Below are positions 11,709 to 23,436 of a DNA stretch of 64,000 nt, piece by piece (the first letter of the stretch is position 1; the number at the start of each line of letters is the position of its first letter). Origin of the DNA: Amoebophrya sp. A120 (taxonomy: Eukaryota; Protista; Dinoflagellata). A model generated the notes under the pieces. That model searched no databases. It was given only the letters and a program-made list of their open reading frames with translations, and had not been told where the DNA came from. A program made the translations under genes and the position numbers. The DNA lies in the NCBI GenBank assembly GCA_905178155.1, contig CAJINV010000014.1, positions 2,137,570 through 2,201,569 of the forward strand. Direction: 5' to 3'.

Positions 11709-14700
11709 CTACTTCCTTCGCTTTGCGTCGTGCTGCCCGCCCAGGTCGCCGTTTGCCGGCAGCCCTTTGTTAAGCATCTGCAGCACGTCGGCGAAGAATG
11801 CTTGCTCGTTCTTTCGCTTCATCACGTTTGACGTGTTGGGGGAAAGGGACTCAGCGGGAAAGCCGCGACCTGAAATGAATTTTGATGGAAAAGCATTATA
11901 CTAGCATATTATGCGGTGCGAAGCAGAGCTTTCGTTTACAACATCATGACTCCTTTACATGAAATGAAAGTCAGGCGGGGGCACGACTGGTGGAATCTTT
12001 ACATATTATTCGCTTCGCGCCACAAGCTCTGTTGCACGAAATTTCCCCGTAATAAGATGATGCATCATCTATCTCTATCAACATCATTCGACCACAGTTT
12101 ATTTTTACTATACCATTCCCTTGTGGCGCGAACAGCGATTGCATTTTAGGGGACGGAGAGTTGCTGGTGGGTTTTTTTGCGGCGGGAGATCCGGTGCTGT
12201 CAGCTGGAGCTCCGTCCTTCGCTATTATTTTTCCGGTTTTTGGGTCGATCTCCATTTCTTCGTAGTTTGCCACGTTTTCCCGCTTCGCGATCTTTTTCCG
12301 CGCCTCCTTGTTCCGCACGCTCATGTCCCACATGTTCCGCGTGTTCATTGGTTTCCTCGCGAAGGGGTTTAGTTCCTCATCCTCCTTCTCCCCGTCGAGC
12401 ACGTAATCGATATCCTGTGCGTCTCGCCCCGCTGCCACGGTCAAATCCAAGTAGTCCTGTCGCGCGCGGTTTTTGTTGTTAATTTCCGCGATTTGGAACA
12501 TCCGATTCCCCGACTTGCTGTTCTCGAAAGCGCGTCGCTGCTCGTCGCACTTCTTCTGCAGGATCTGCACCTGCTCCTGCATCTGAATCAGCTCCTCTGA
12601 CAGCTGCGTCGTTTCCTCTACGGGTCGGTTCTGGATTTGTGTCGCCAGGGCCTTGCACGCGTCCTGTGCCTCCCGAAGTCTTGTGGCAGTGTTACCTTTA
12701 TTTGATGTTCTTGATTGTGTCCGTTTATTTCTACTTGTTACACTTGTTCTTTTTCATTTCGTCTCCGGGATCAACATCTACGCAGAAGTGCATCCAGAGC
12801 AGAGAGATCCGTTTCAATAGTTTCAACACGTGAAGAACTCGAATTCTTCCACGAGCATGAAGATACGCGTTCAAGAACAACGTATGATATTCGTATCTTT
12901 ACTAGAAAAGTACCTGTCGCCACGCCCGGGCCATAATATGTCATATGTTTACTAGAAAAGTTACTGAAATTTGACGCCATGCCCGGGCATGGTAAGAAAG
13001 AAAGAAAGAAAGTACCTGTCAAACTTGGGTCGATCAATTTGAGGATCTCTTCATCTGTAAAGACGAATTGGCGAGCTTCCTCCAAGTGTGCAACAACTAT
13101 TTTGCACTCTTCCTCTTCTTCAAATCCCCAGGGCTCGACGTTGGCAGCATCATCTTCATCGCCTTTCGCGGCATCCCCGAGCTCGAACTTGAGAAATCTG
13201 CGAGGAAAATAAAACAAATTACTTCATTACGCAGTTTATTTTGATGTAATTATGCGGCAGCTCATGCAAAAGCAGCAACCGTGCTAGCTTGTCATGCGGG
13301 GCACCATTTTTCCTGCAAACACATTGACATTTGGTGTGATTCGAGGTTTGCAATAGAAAGTCAGTCTCAGTTTCCAACACGAATAAAATGCACACAAAAA
13401 CTAATACGCGAGGTAGTTGTCCCATTCTGACTGCGCGATGCCCTGCGTGGAGATGGCTCCCAGTCGAAAGGTGGCCATCTGGCCGCCCCTTCTCGCGGTG
13501 ATCAAGATCGTCGTTTTCCGCGTTTTTCCGTCGGACAGGCGGAATTCGTAGGGCTTTTGGGCGTAGGCAAATTCCACCGCCCGCGCGATCAGGCAATCGC
13601 TTTTCGTGTTCGGGTCTTTCCCCTCTTTTATGCGCTCCAGGTTGGCCTTCGTCTCGTCCGGCATGCGCACACGGATGAAAACCTTCTCGATCAAACTATC
13701 CCGCTTATCGTCGGGCAACTGCGCTATTCTCCACACAAGATCGCGGGAGGCCTGTGAAGTATAGGAGTGCTAAGTTCCAGTCGGTCCGATGACACGGTAA
13801 AAGGTTTCACTTTCATCTTATTTGCGAAAAATTGCGACCAAAGAAAGTTTTGGTTTACAACAAAGGCTCCAAAGTTCTCTATCTGCCATCTCCGCAATCA
13901 AACTGATTCTCAGGTGAACAACAAACAAATATAGTATTCTAATTCTTTTCCAGAAAAAAGAAAAACAGCTACGATTTTATGCACATCACGAGTTGAACAA
14001 GATGCTCCAAGCTTCTACGTACCGTTGATGCGACGACTTCCTGGGGCAGCTCTAGTTTTGCTTTCTTCACCACGACCTGGGCCAGACTTTGGCCCGTGAG
14101 CGCGTAGTGATTATGATTTTCGTTCCACTCCTTGTTGTCTTTGTTGAAAAGCTATGGATTGCAAAAATGTCTGGGTCGTGATGCAAAAAGTGGATGATAA
14201 ATTTTTGAGCAACCCAGCATGACAAATTTTATTTGAGCTGCTATGTATTGCGTTTTCCGCACGAGAAACTCCGTTTTTGCATGACAGATAGGAGAGGCTT
14301 TTCGTGCCCATGCATCACAGATTCTCCAGTCATGTCAGATATGCATGACAAATGTAAGAATCTTGATCTTCCAGACCCAGACATATTTCCAATGCATAAA
14401 AGCGGATCGTTGTCCGCCGGCACGGCCGGAATGTCGTCAGACTCGCCCGTCCGCCCGTAAAAGTGCGAGGCCGCAAAGGTAGCGTACTTCGCGTAGTCTA
14501 CATCTTCACCTGTTGCGTCGTCGTAGGCCTGTGGGTCCACTTCGATTACGTCTTCGTCCAGGAGCTTTTCCTCCAAAGGCTGTTGATCTACCACTTCCTC
14601 CTCGACTATCCTCTCTTCCACTAATATTATCCACCGAAAAAAATTTCATCTCCTCGTTCTTGTACGTGCACTTCATACTTACATCAAATCAACGCGGAGG

Positions 14701-15262
14701 TTTGTTTTTGTTTGTTTGTTTGTTTCTGCAAAGCCTTCTTCTTATTTCCTCAGGTCAGCGTCAGCCCGCGTATTCTTCCAGCATGAAAACAAGTTCTATG
14801 TCCACAACGACCTCTTAATTTTTTGGACAATTTCGTGATGCATTTTGTAAGTTGCACTTGTACAACGGGATGAGAAAAAATTTTGTGTTGCATATCGACC
14901 ACCGTTTCTGCAGCTTTCTGCTTGGGTGAGGACGGCCTACTGGTCGTGGCTTTCTTGTTGTCCTTGTCTTTCCCGCCCGAAGGTCTGCTTTTCGGAGAAG
15001 AAGCAGCGGGCTTTTTGTTCTTCTTTGTCTTGGCCGCCTTGGTCCCTTTTGTCTTCAAAACAGGTTCGTCGTCCTGAATGATTTAGATTTTTCAACGTGT
15101 TCTTCCGGATGATTTTGTAGTTGCAGAAGTTGTTGGCGCTAGTACAAAACAACACAACTACGAACAAAAACAATGATTCAAAAATTATAATACCGAATCG
15201 TCCTGGACCTGCATAGCCATCTCGTGGCTAGAGCTTGGTAGCGAGGTCCACGCAGCCGCCAT
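11709..15262 (-). CDS. RTF1: RTF1-like Paf1-complex subunit (Plus3 domain), multi-exon
   Basis: Exon near 13410-13750 reads as a Plus3 domain (SRDLVWRI..KVFIRVR..CLIARAV..PYEF..KTTILITARRGG..TFRLGAISTQGIAQSEW). It is followed by FVFTDEEI, a coiled coil, IAEINNKNR and NPFARKP, as in RTF1 C-termini. Start (MAAAWTS) and last exon are inferred from GT-AG sites. Confidence 0.78.
14153..14398. mobile_element. Introner element, family A (246 bp), in RTF1
   Basis: TIR TATGGATTGCAAAAATGTCTGGGTC...CCAGACCCAGACATATTTCCAATGCATA; TSD AAAGC; removal gives NDPLFNKDNKEW. Confidence 0.9.
14628..14894. mobile_element. Eroded introner-like intron (267 bp) in RTF1
   Basis: TAT...ATA ends with a degenerate inverted repeat (AAAATTT..TCTC..TTGTAC..GTGCA..CTTACA). 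No TSD remains, but removing length+2 or length+5 nt joins the flanking ORFs in frame. Confidence 0.5.
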
Positions 15263-18200
15263 GGTATTTGTATTGCTAAAGGCTCAAGAAGACAGAACAA
15301 TTACGACATATATGCAGGAGCTGCTCGTCCGCCCTCGAAAAATTAGACGGCTTCGCTACGCTTCTATACTAAATATCGCTTGATTGGTGACCGTAGCCTA
15401 AGAAGTGGGTTGATGTCTTTTTATCATTTGAAGGCAATCAATAGCTCTCGAACTATAGAGAAATTCGGTGGTACAAGAACTTGGTATATGTCATTGGTGC
15501 TTACTAATAGTTTTGCTTATGCGTTTCGCTGTGCCTGGCGTGAGTAGCAAGATGAGTACTTAATCTTTTTTGTGTTCAGTCCAAGAATCAATACGTCCGC
15601 CTCCGCAATCTGCCAAAGGCTCTTAGCTTGTTGTGGTTTTTTGGTTGTTGAGGTCTGGAGCAAATGGAAACTGAAATTTCTGCCACTACTAGCCCTCTTC
15701 CATTACCATTACCATTCCTCAACTCTACTGCTCCTGGCAGAGCCTAGTTAACCACCTCCTTCCCAAATTTTCAATTCGTATCGATGCAGCTCCTAATTGG
15801 TCGTGCTGGTGTCCTGTGATAACCTACTTGTGCCAGGGTTAGTAAGCGCGAGCGTCGGGAAAAAACCAAGAGTAATTTGTTCGGATTTCGGTGTCAGCAT
15901 GCAGAACGTAGAAGTCAATATCTTGTTGTTACGTTTAGTTTAGAGAAAATGAAGCTGACTATCGAGGAATCGTGGTCGTGAAGTCGTAGGCACCCTTGCT
16001 CTGGTGCCACGAGATCGATTTTAAGAACAGAAGCTTGTATGCACGACAGCACTCTCAAATGCTTTATACTTTTCACACGCCTACTACTTTTAGTTTTATT
16101 TTATCCACTAGCTACGTCGACGTGCTAGTGCACGCGAGGATATGGAACGAACTAGTAACTCAGATAGAGAAAACCTACATTTTCGAAGCTGTCCGTGATC
16201 TCGACAATAATTATTCGGATCTTCATTTCTAGTCGTTGACAATGATGATCGATAAATTGATGTTCCGCCGAAGAGCCAGAGCTCCTCAAGAGCGAAGCTT
16301 TTGTCAAAGATTTATTAAGCGCAAAAATTTGATCCACCAATGATAGGCTCGAACGACCTCGCAAAGGCGCGGGTTGAAGCTAAGAAGCCGTCCTGTGGAG
16401 GTTGCGTTCTAGTTTAAGGACACGTCAACACAGTGACTTCTCGCCGCGTCCTCGTACTATAAAGCTGCAGGACAAGCTTCCTAATCCTACGGATCGATTC
16501 TATACGTACTATCTGCTACGAAGCAAGCGCGAAAAATGTTGAGCAGAAACGAAAAGAAATGAGGCCTTCCCTGAAATTACATACTCAGCTGGTCGACGTG
16601 CAGCTGCTCATGTTGTGTGTCGGCCAACAAGCCAAAAAAAAATGACGCGCTAAGATTACATTACATCGAGATAGGACAAAGAAGCATAGCATAGCATGGG
16701 GCTTGGCGTATCGGAACTTTAAGGGTGCAGCCGATTTTGTCATGAAGTATAAGCTCAGTGAGTTCTTCCTTTTCGACAAGCCACGTTCCCGGTTACAAGA
16801 GCTTGCCAATCTACGACGAGGACGAAGGAATGCGACCCCGAGGTATTATTTTCAACAGTACTACAGATGAAAAATCGTAGAAAAGAAAGTGCTGATGTTG
16901 ATGCTGCCCTTAACGTACTCAATGATTGCGCTACGTGCTTCCGACGCCGGGCCGGCTCTGTACACGCTTGACACTGTGGAACCATAATCTCCATCCCTAA
17001 GCAAATTTTTACCGAGAATCGAAATCCTCTTGCTGCACAAGAAAATATTAGTAGCAAATTCACTAGGCTATATTGGTGTCCGACGTACGACGAGCGATCT
17101 GCTTCCTTGTGCTTCCACTACGCACGACCTCAAATAAAGCTTTGTTTCAAGACCGAACCCGGAAAATTCACAGAAGCCTGCAGGTACGAGAATGTGCGTT
17201 CTTTGTTCCTTTCGTTACGCCGAGCCAGACCGATTCCTTATTTCTTTGCTTAGAAAGTGAAAGGCAATATCAATATCTACCTTCCCACGATAGTCACAAA
17301 ACAAAGCTCGGGACCAATCTTGATTGCTTTGCATTCAGTTTCAAATGAAATACATCCAATGCCATGCTGGTGGTGTAGTTCTCCACGCTTTGCCAGAAAC
17401 AGGAGAATGTATTGAGTCAAAGCGAGACGAGCATTCTCGTGATATAATGTGGCAGCGGCTTACGTTCATCTTAGAAAAACTCTCATCTCGTCCGTTAGTC
17501 CTCATCTACTTTTACTTTTTACTTTAACACGTAATTTCATGTGACAAATAAGCCAGCAACATACTGCACTGACTAGTAGTGGGCACTTACCCACATTTAC
17601 CTGGCAAACTTTCTTCGTCAAAAAAAATAAAAAAACAATACAACAATGGAGGAATAATACGTTTCCAAGCAACCGATGTCGTCCACGTTCTTGAGTATTT
17701 TTCGTCGGCGTGGCCACATACTGCATATCAAATCAGTCTGATACTAGAAAAAGTGCGACGAGAATCCAATCAGTTTCAGTGGCGAGGAGGTTGGATTGAA
17801 ATTTTTTAATGATGCGAATTTCTTCACCGAGTCAATGACCACGCACACGCATGGCACTTCTCTGCAAGGACATTATTTCGCAGGACAGGGCCAGAGATTT
17901 TTACAAGCCAAAGAAAAAAAATTCAGTGGTCGGGACGCATGATCGCAAAAACAGCAGCATGAAAGAGTAACGAACATCAAAACGCGGCAGCGCTACGCCT
18001 ATGCACCCTCCCCGGTCATTTTCACTTGTCCGGATGCAGCTCCACCTTTTCCGGTTTTTTGTTTTTCCAGTTTTTTCTCTCAAACAAAACTTAAATTAAA
18101 GTCGCGATAGGTCGTCGAGTGAAATTCAGATTGTTGTAAATATAAACAAAAAACAAGAAAATACAGTTCTGCTTCAGACTTTCAAACAGTAAGATGCTAA

Positions 18201-20530
18201 TGTACAAAATTTTTACGAATAGAAATAAGTGTGTGATGTTCCAACTCCTACAAACGCGGTACAGATGAAGAAGGATGGTGCTCGTAGAGAAGATAGTAAA
18301 GTTCATAGAAAAGAAATACAAATAGGTAAAGCTGAAGCAAAATTTCCGTTGCAAATCACAAAAGGACCACAGCGGTATTCTTATTCACGGCTCCGCAACA
18401 GATTCATCCACGAAAAATTCCGTGAGGCTACGACTGGGAGTCTGTGACAGTGTCTTCAATGTCTAGCTCGTCTACACTTCCTGCTTTTCAATTTGAGCGT
18501 CCTCACATGAGAGTGCTGTTACTAGGGATAGCAAAATATTTCCCAGTAAGATGAAATAGTACACGAGACGCTCACGTTCGTGCTGGAAAAAACAAGACTA
18601 GGCGTAGAAGCAGCAAGTAGAGGACATCCTCCTTACAGGTTCAGGTACTGTCGTGGTGCGGTTCCGCTTCTGTTGCATAAAAATTGAATAAAGTAGCAGT
18701 GGCCCTTTGTGGTGCTCCGTTTGACAACAATCGCAAATAAAATTTGCAACTCTTCATCCGCACATGAATAGTGACAAAAACTACGGAATGTTACATGATC
18801 GTTTCTTCGCGTAGTAAAATAAAATCTACTTATTTTTCATGCAATGCGAGCTGGTTCTTCTTCTCTCGGTTCATCTTCTTGGCTCCCAAATTCTAAGAAG
18901 TTTCTTCTTCTGCTCCGAAAATCGCCGCTCGGCGCTCTCGCATGCATGAAAAAAAAGTAGAACCATACCGTCTTTAAGTGGCAGCTCTGGCTCCTCGTTG
19001 ATGATGCAATAGTAAAAGTAATGGTTTTGGTAATGCGAATGCTGGGTGTAATGAGTGCTGGTTGTCTCGAATTATACAATAAATTTGAATATCCAGGCGG
19101 GTTCGGTGCCGCGGATCTTAAGCAGATGCAGAAGGAAAAAGAAAAACTACATTCCATAGGAGATTCATCTCGCGGTCTTTGTTTGCTTACTTACAATCTT
19201 TGGCAGCAGGCAGCAGCTGTACCTAGTACGACAGATAAGCACAACAAATAGATCCGTGAGAATGTACTAGTACCTCTTCATTCTCCTTTGCTCCATCCTC
19301 GCGATCCAAAACAACAGGTTAGTATAATTTAAAAATCTTCTCCTCGGCTAGTGAATGTGGAGTTGGATACATTTTCGACTTACGTACGACAAGACCAGGC
19401 TTCGTTGAAAATGATTTGTGCAGGAAGTCGATGTCGAAGCTAGCGGTAAATTGAAATTGTAGAGCACCTCCTGCTCAAGGGCGTAGATGATGCACGGCAA
19501 TAAACGACGCACAACACAATGCCTTTTGTCTTTAGTTTGAATTTTAAAATTTGTTTGAATGATGTGCAGTTCTTGTAAAAACAAGAAATGGAAATGCTTT
19601 GTGGTACTTTCAACCAGACGAGGACTACAGGTATCCGCAGCCCTCCTCGACATCGGTAGATGAACCAGAGTTGTATGAAAGCGGACAACGATACTCTTGA
19701 TCCCTCATCCGTCCCCACCCTCAGCGTGCTCATCTTCTTCTTCATCTGTGTCTGTGATGCCAAGAAATGCAAACTAATTTCTTCAACGACTTTATTTGGT
19801 TTTCATAAAATTTTGATATAGGTTTCCACTTTTTAGGGCCTTTTGCGAATCATGTGACTCGCCACATGGCTTGTTGGCTGGAGTCATACCTCTAGAGCAT
19901 CCTGAAGCAGCTCCAAAAGGAACAGAACGGGGAGCCTAACGAACAGTGCTGCAAGAACTACTACGAAAACAATCCGAGAGGTCGGGGACGCCCTCATCAT
20001 GGCCAAGAGTTGTCCACTTTCATATAATCGAGCACCTGCTCACCGACTTCAGCACAGGCCGCAAGATTTCTTCACCGGTTCTGAGTTGGTTCTCAGTCCC
20101 GCCGTCAACGCCAGGGCTTGGTCATTCCTCCGATATGGAGCGAAAGAGCTTCTACTACCTCCAGAGGCCAACACAACTACACTTTTGCACAGTGCTCTTT
20201 TTTCCCGTGGTCTTACGTTCCTCGATCTGCTTCTCTATAAAGGTATAGAATCTCGCTTCTCTTGTTCTTCATACCTCAAAAATTGGCATCCGCGCTCGCA
20301 AAGAATGCCCATTCTCCCCCCCCCGGAGAATGTCCCATAGGCTCGAGTTGGCAGAAGCTAAACGAACCCGGCGACCGCGACTATAAGTCATAAAAGATTT
20401 ATCAGGTGCCATCAATTCATGCTGTTATGTTTTGATACTTACGACCGCCCTAGCCAGCGCAGCAAGAGCAAGACCAGAACCACGACCAGATTGTGTGAAT
20501 ATTTATAACGAGCTTCAGCTTTGGACCACA

Positions 20531-21809
20531 TCAAAGCGGCGCGCTTTGTTTTGTGCATGTATGTCGTGCTGCCTCTGTGGTGTGAATTTTTTGCTGTGGT
20601 AGCCTCTGGGGATTGACAAACCCGTGCGTGATGACACCGTTAACTCCCGCCTTGGCCGCCGCGCCAGAATTCTGGGCCACCCACACGCTATGCATTGCAA
20701 CTTTGTCTAGATCTCCTGGAAGCTTGCAGCCCTTGCGGCAAGCAAATAGATTTATTTTCATGCTCCTGGCCTGACATAGATCTCAGATTAGCACTCATCT
20801 GTAAAGCAGCATGATGTTGATGGTCGTGTGCTGCACAAACACAAGCCCTTGCCTTCTTCTGGTCCCTGTGATCTTGAAGGAATGCAACGGGAACTTGCGG
20901 TTTCCCTTTCCACACGAAATCATGATGATTATGCAATGCAATTTATTACAATGCCACTGCAGCTGCCCAACTGCAAAAGCTTCTCATGGTCGAATATGCA
21001 TGCAGTCAGAGTGCGCTAACGATGATCCACCAGCTAGCATATCAACCTTCCAAAGAACCCAGATGTGTATGCCGTCGATAGTTGCCGCCCTGTTGGGTCC
21101 GCGTGACCGCACCGGAAGCGAAGTCTCCAACTTTGTTGGCAACTGTTTTTGGCTTGTTTGGAGCTCCATCACCATCTCCGCCCGACACGGCTTTCTTCGT
21201 CGTTTTCGCTTCCTGCAGAAACCCGCCACCTATGAGGGTGTAAAGTTCCACCTTCCCACCTCATTCGCAGAGCAACACTTTTTACAGAAACAGCAGGCAG
21301 CGCTGGCGAATTTCTTGCCGCTGTAGCTTCATTTGCGTGGCGAACAATTGAAATTGATCACGCAATATTTAAATTGTGCTGTGTCGCTTATTTCGGCTAC
21401 GGCTTCCGAAGCGTGTCAACATACAAACAATGCCGCGAGTCAAAGAAGATAAAGACGTGAATAAAGAGGAAATTTGGTCTTTCGCATGACCAAGAACGAG
21501 TAGTACGTGAAGCGGGAAGTAGTAAGAGGACTTGTGTACAACTCTCGTACCAGCGATAGGCGGCGTGGTTCCAACCTGAACTTCCTCCCCGGGGGGCCCA
21601 GCGTACACCACGTTTTGCGCCGGGGTCGCTACTCCCACCGCTTCTTCATCCGGCGCACGCTTCGCGAGAAACCCCGGCCGCTCGCCGGTAGCCGCAAGGG
21701 TTCCCACGGCAACCGCACAAGCGGCTTTTTTCGGCAGGTGGCGCTGCAGGAAGGTCGGCTTGATGTTGTGAACGCCGTTAATAGGCTGTTTCTTATTCTT
21801 CTTGCCCAT
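20531..21809 (-). CDS. Hypothetical protein, multi-exon (MGKKNKKQPING...)
   Basis: Exon 21809-~21551 ends at a GTACG donor. A TAG acceptor near 21233 continues in frame (PIAGGGFLQEAK..). Removing the eroded element 20689-21080 joins QQGG to VWVAQNSGAAAK. May extend to hydrophobic exons near 19705-20070. No homology recognised. Confidence 0.45.
20689..21080. mobile_element. Eroded family A-like introner (392 bp) in the hypothetical gene
   Basis: Ends TATGCATTGCAACTTTGTCTAGATCTCCTGG and (rc) TATCGACGGCATACACATCTGGGTTCTTTGGAAGGTTG resemble family A TIRs. Flanks CACGC/GTTGC are diverged. Removal is frame-consistent. Confidence 0.6.
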
Positions 21810-23436
21810 GTTTTTCGTTTTCCTTTTCGTTTTCAATTTTTGTGCGTGGAGAAGATTTTGTTTTCTTATTATTTGACAAGAGCTGCTGAGGACACCTTCA
21901 GATTAGTGAATCTGGGTGCATGAAATAGAGATCGAGTTGTAAATTAGCTTCTCTTCTTTTTTGTCGTTAATTGTCGTACAAGGTGTCAAAAACGTGGAGT
22001 GGAAGATGTGAGTCCTTGGGTGGGAAACATCAACCTGTATTTTGGACAAGAAGATGAAGTAGATATACGTAAGATGATTGCCGCGCATTATCATGGAATT
22101 GCAATTGCAAATACGTTTGTCGGCGCCGGTCTTTTTAATCTTTATTTTTACTTCTAGTCGTGCGTACGAATGCCGCGAGGTGATGAACGAAATTATCACG
22201 ACACAGCCGAGCAGGACGTTGCTAGCGCCAGCATGAATCACAATCGTGAACGAATCACTACAAGCAGAAGCACGACCGAATGACCAGTAGGTAATGCACA
22301 AGGGCAGAAGAGACCGATGTAGTGCCTCCACAGCTGCAATTCTTTGTGTTGTACGAAGGTGGACTGGGACTGCGTCTTTGCGTCTTCAATATTTGTACTT
22401 ATACCACAACACCGAGCGGGTCTTGAGCTTGACTTTCGAAAAAGTTTAATATAGTATTAGAATTGCAATTAACACCGACACTGACGCGATCATGAGCGTC
22501 GCCTTCTTGTTTGCGGACGATGACGAAACCTTGATGGCCTATTGTAGGTCATAATACATCAAGACTACTTAATTCTAAAACTCGTCTCGAGCGTCAGTTT
22601 AATCTCTACTTCATCTTGCACGCAATAGCAGAAGTGAACCGATAAACTACGACACGCTTGGGCAAGATCTCTAACGCGCCAGCCGCTTGAAGCAGCACGC
22701 TCTCGTCGCCACGCTCACGCTAGGTATCTCAACCGATGAAAAAAAAAGAATGTTCAGCTTCAACGCGTACTTTTCCATCACCGGTCATGAAAATGAAAAT
22801 GATGACGGACCGATAGACTACAAGGCGTTTCGCACCGGAATCTGTAGTTCTATCATCGCATCTTCTACAATACGACCTCCACAGAGTGCTGATAGTCATA
22901 TGCCGCAACTTGGACATTCTGAAGCTGCTCCACCAAGTTGTGCCATGTGACTAAGTCGAAGTATTTCAACGTCTTTCGGTCGTCGTGGAACAAACTTACT
23001 TTATCAGAAGTAGTCTCCTCTGCTTGTCTTCAGGAAGCACTTAGCAGAGGACCTGTGCTCCTGCTGCTGCTGTAATCGTCAGCAACAGCATGATATTCTT
23101 GGAAAATAAATCTAATGCGCTGGTGCTAGTCTACTCCGACTCAGACTCTGTTCTCTGTCTCTCTGATCTAGTTGTTCCATACAATAGAGTACTGGTCGTG
23201 CTGGACCAGACCATATATGAAGAAAGTAAAACAGGCAGCTCTACTCTCCGCTGTTCTCGCTGATCGACCGTTCGGCAGGTGTGGCCGCTATCAAGTTGAA
23301 GAATCTGGTATCTTCTTTGCAGCCAAAGTGATATTCCAAATCACAATAACATCATGGTCTACCTCTATTTCAAGTTCATCTTGGTGGCGCAGCATTTTTC
23401 TTTTGCTCCGAAAACGACCACCCTCCTGCGTTCTTA

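Noticed and set aside
12898-13020. Degenerate ~50-bp tandem repeat (TTTACTAGAAAAGT..GCCCGGG) that also duplicates the donor context in an RTF1 intron
   Set aside because: Looks like a local slippage duplication; no TIR or TSD. The exon structure there is uncertain but nothing more can be supported.
15390-15400. ACCGTAGCC, resembling the start of the dinoflagellate spliced leader, just upstream of RTF1
   Set aside because: Only 8-9 nt match, it is on the wrong strand for the gene, and the ATTTTGGCTCAAG part is absent.
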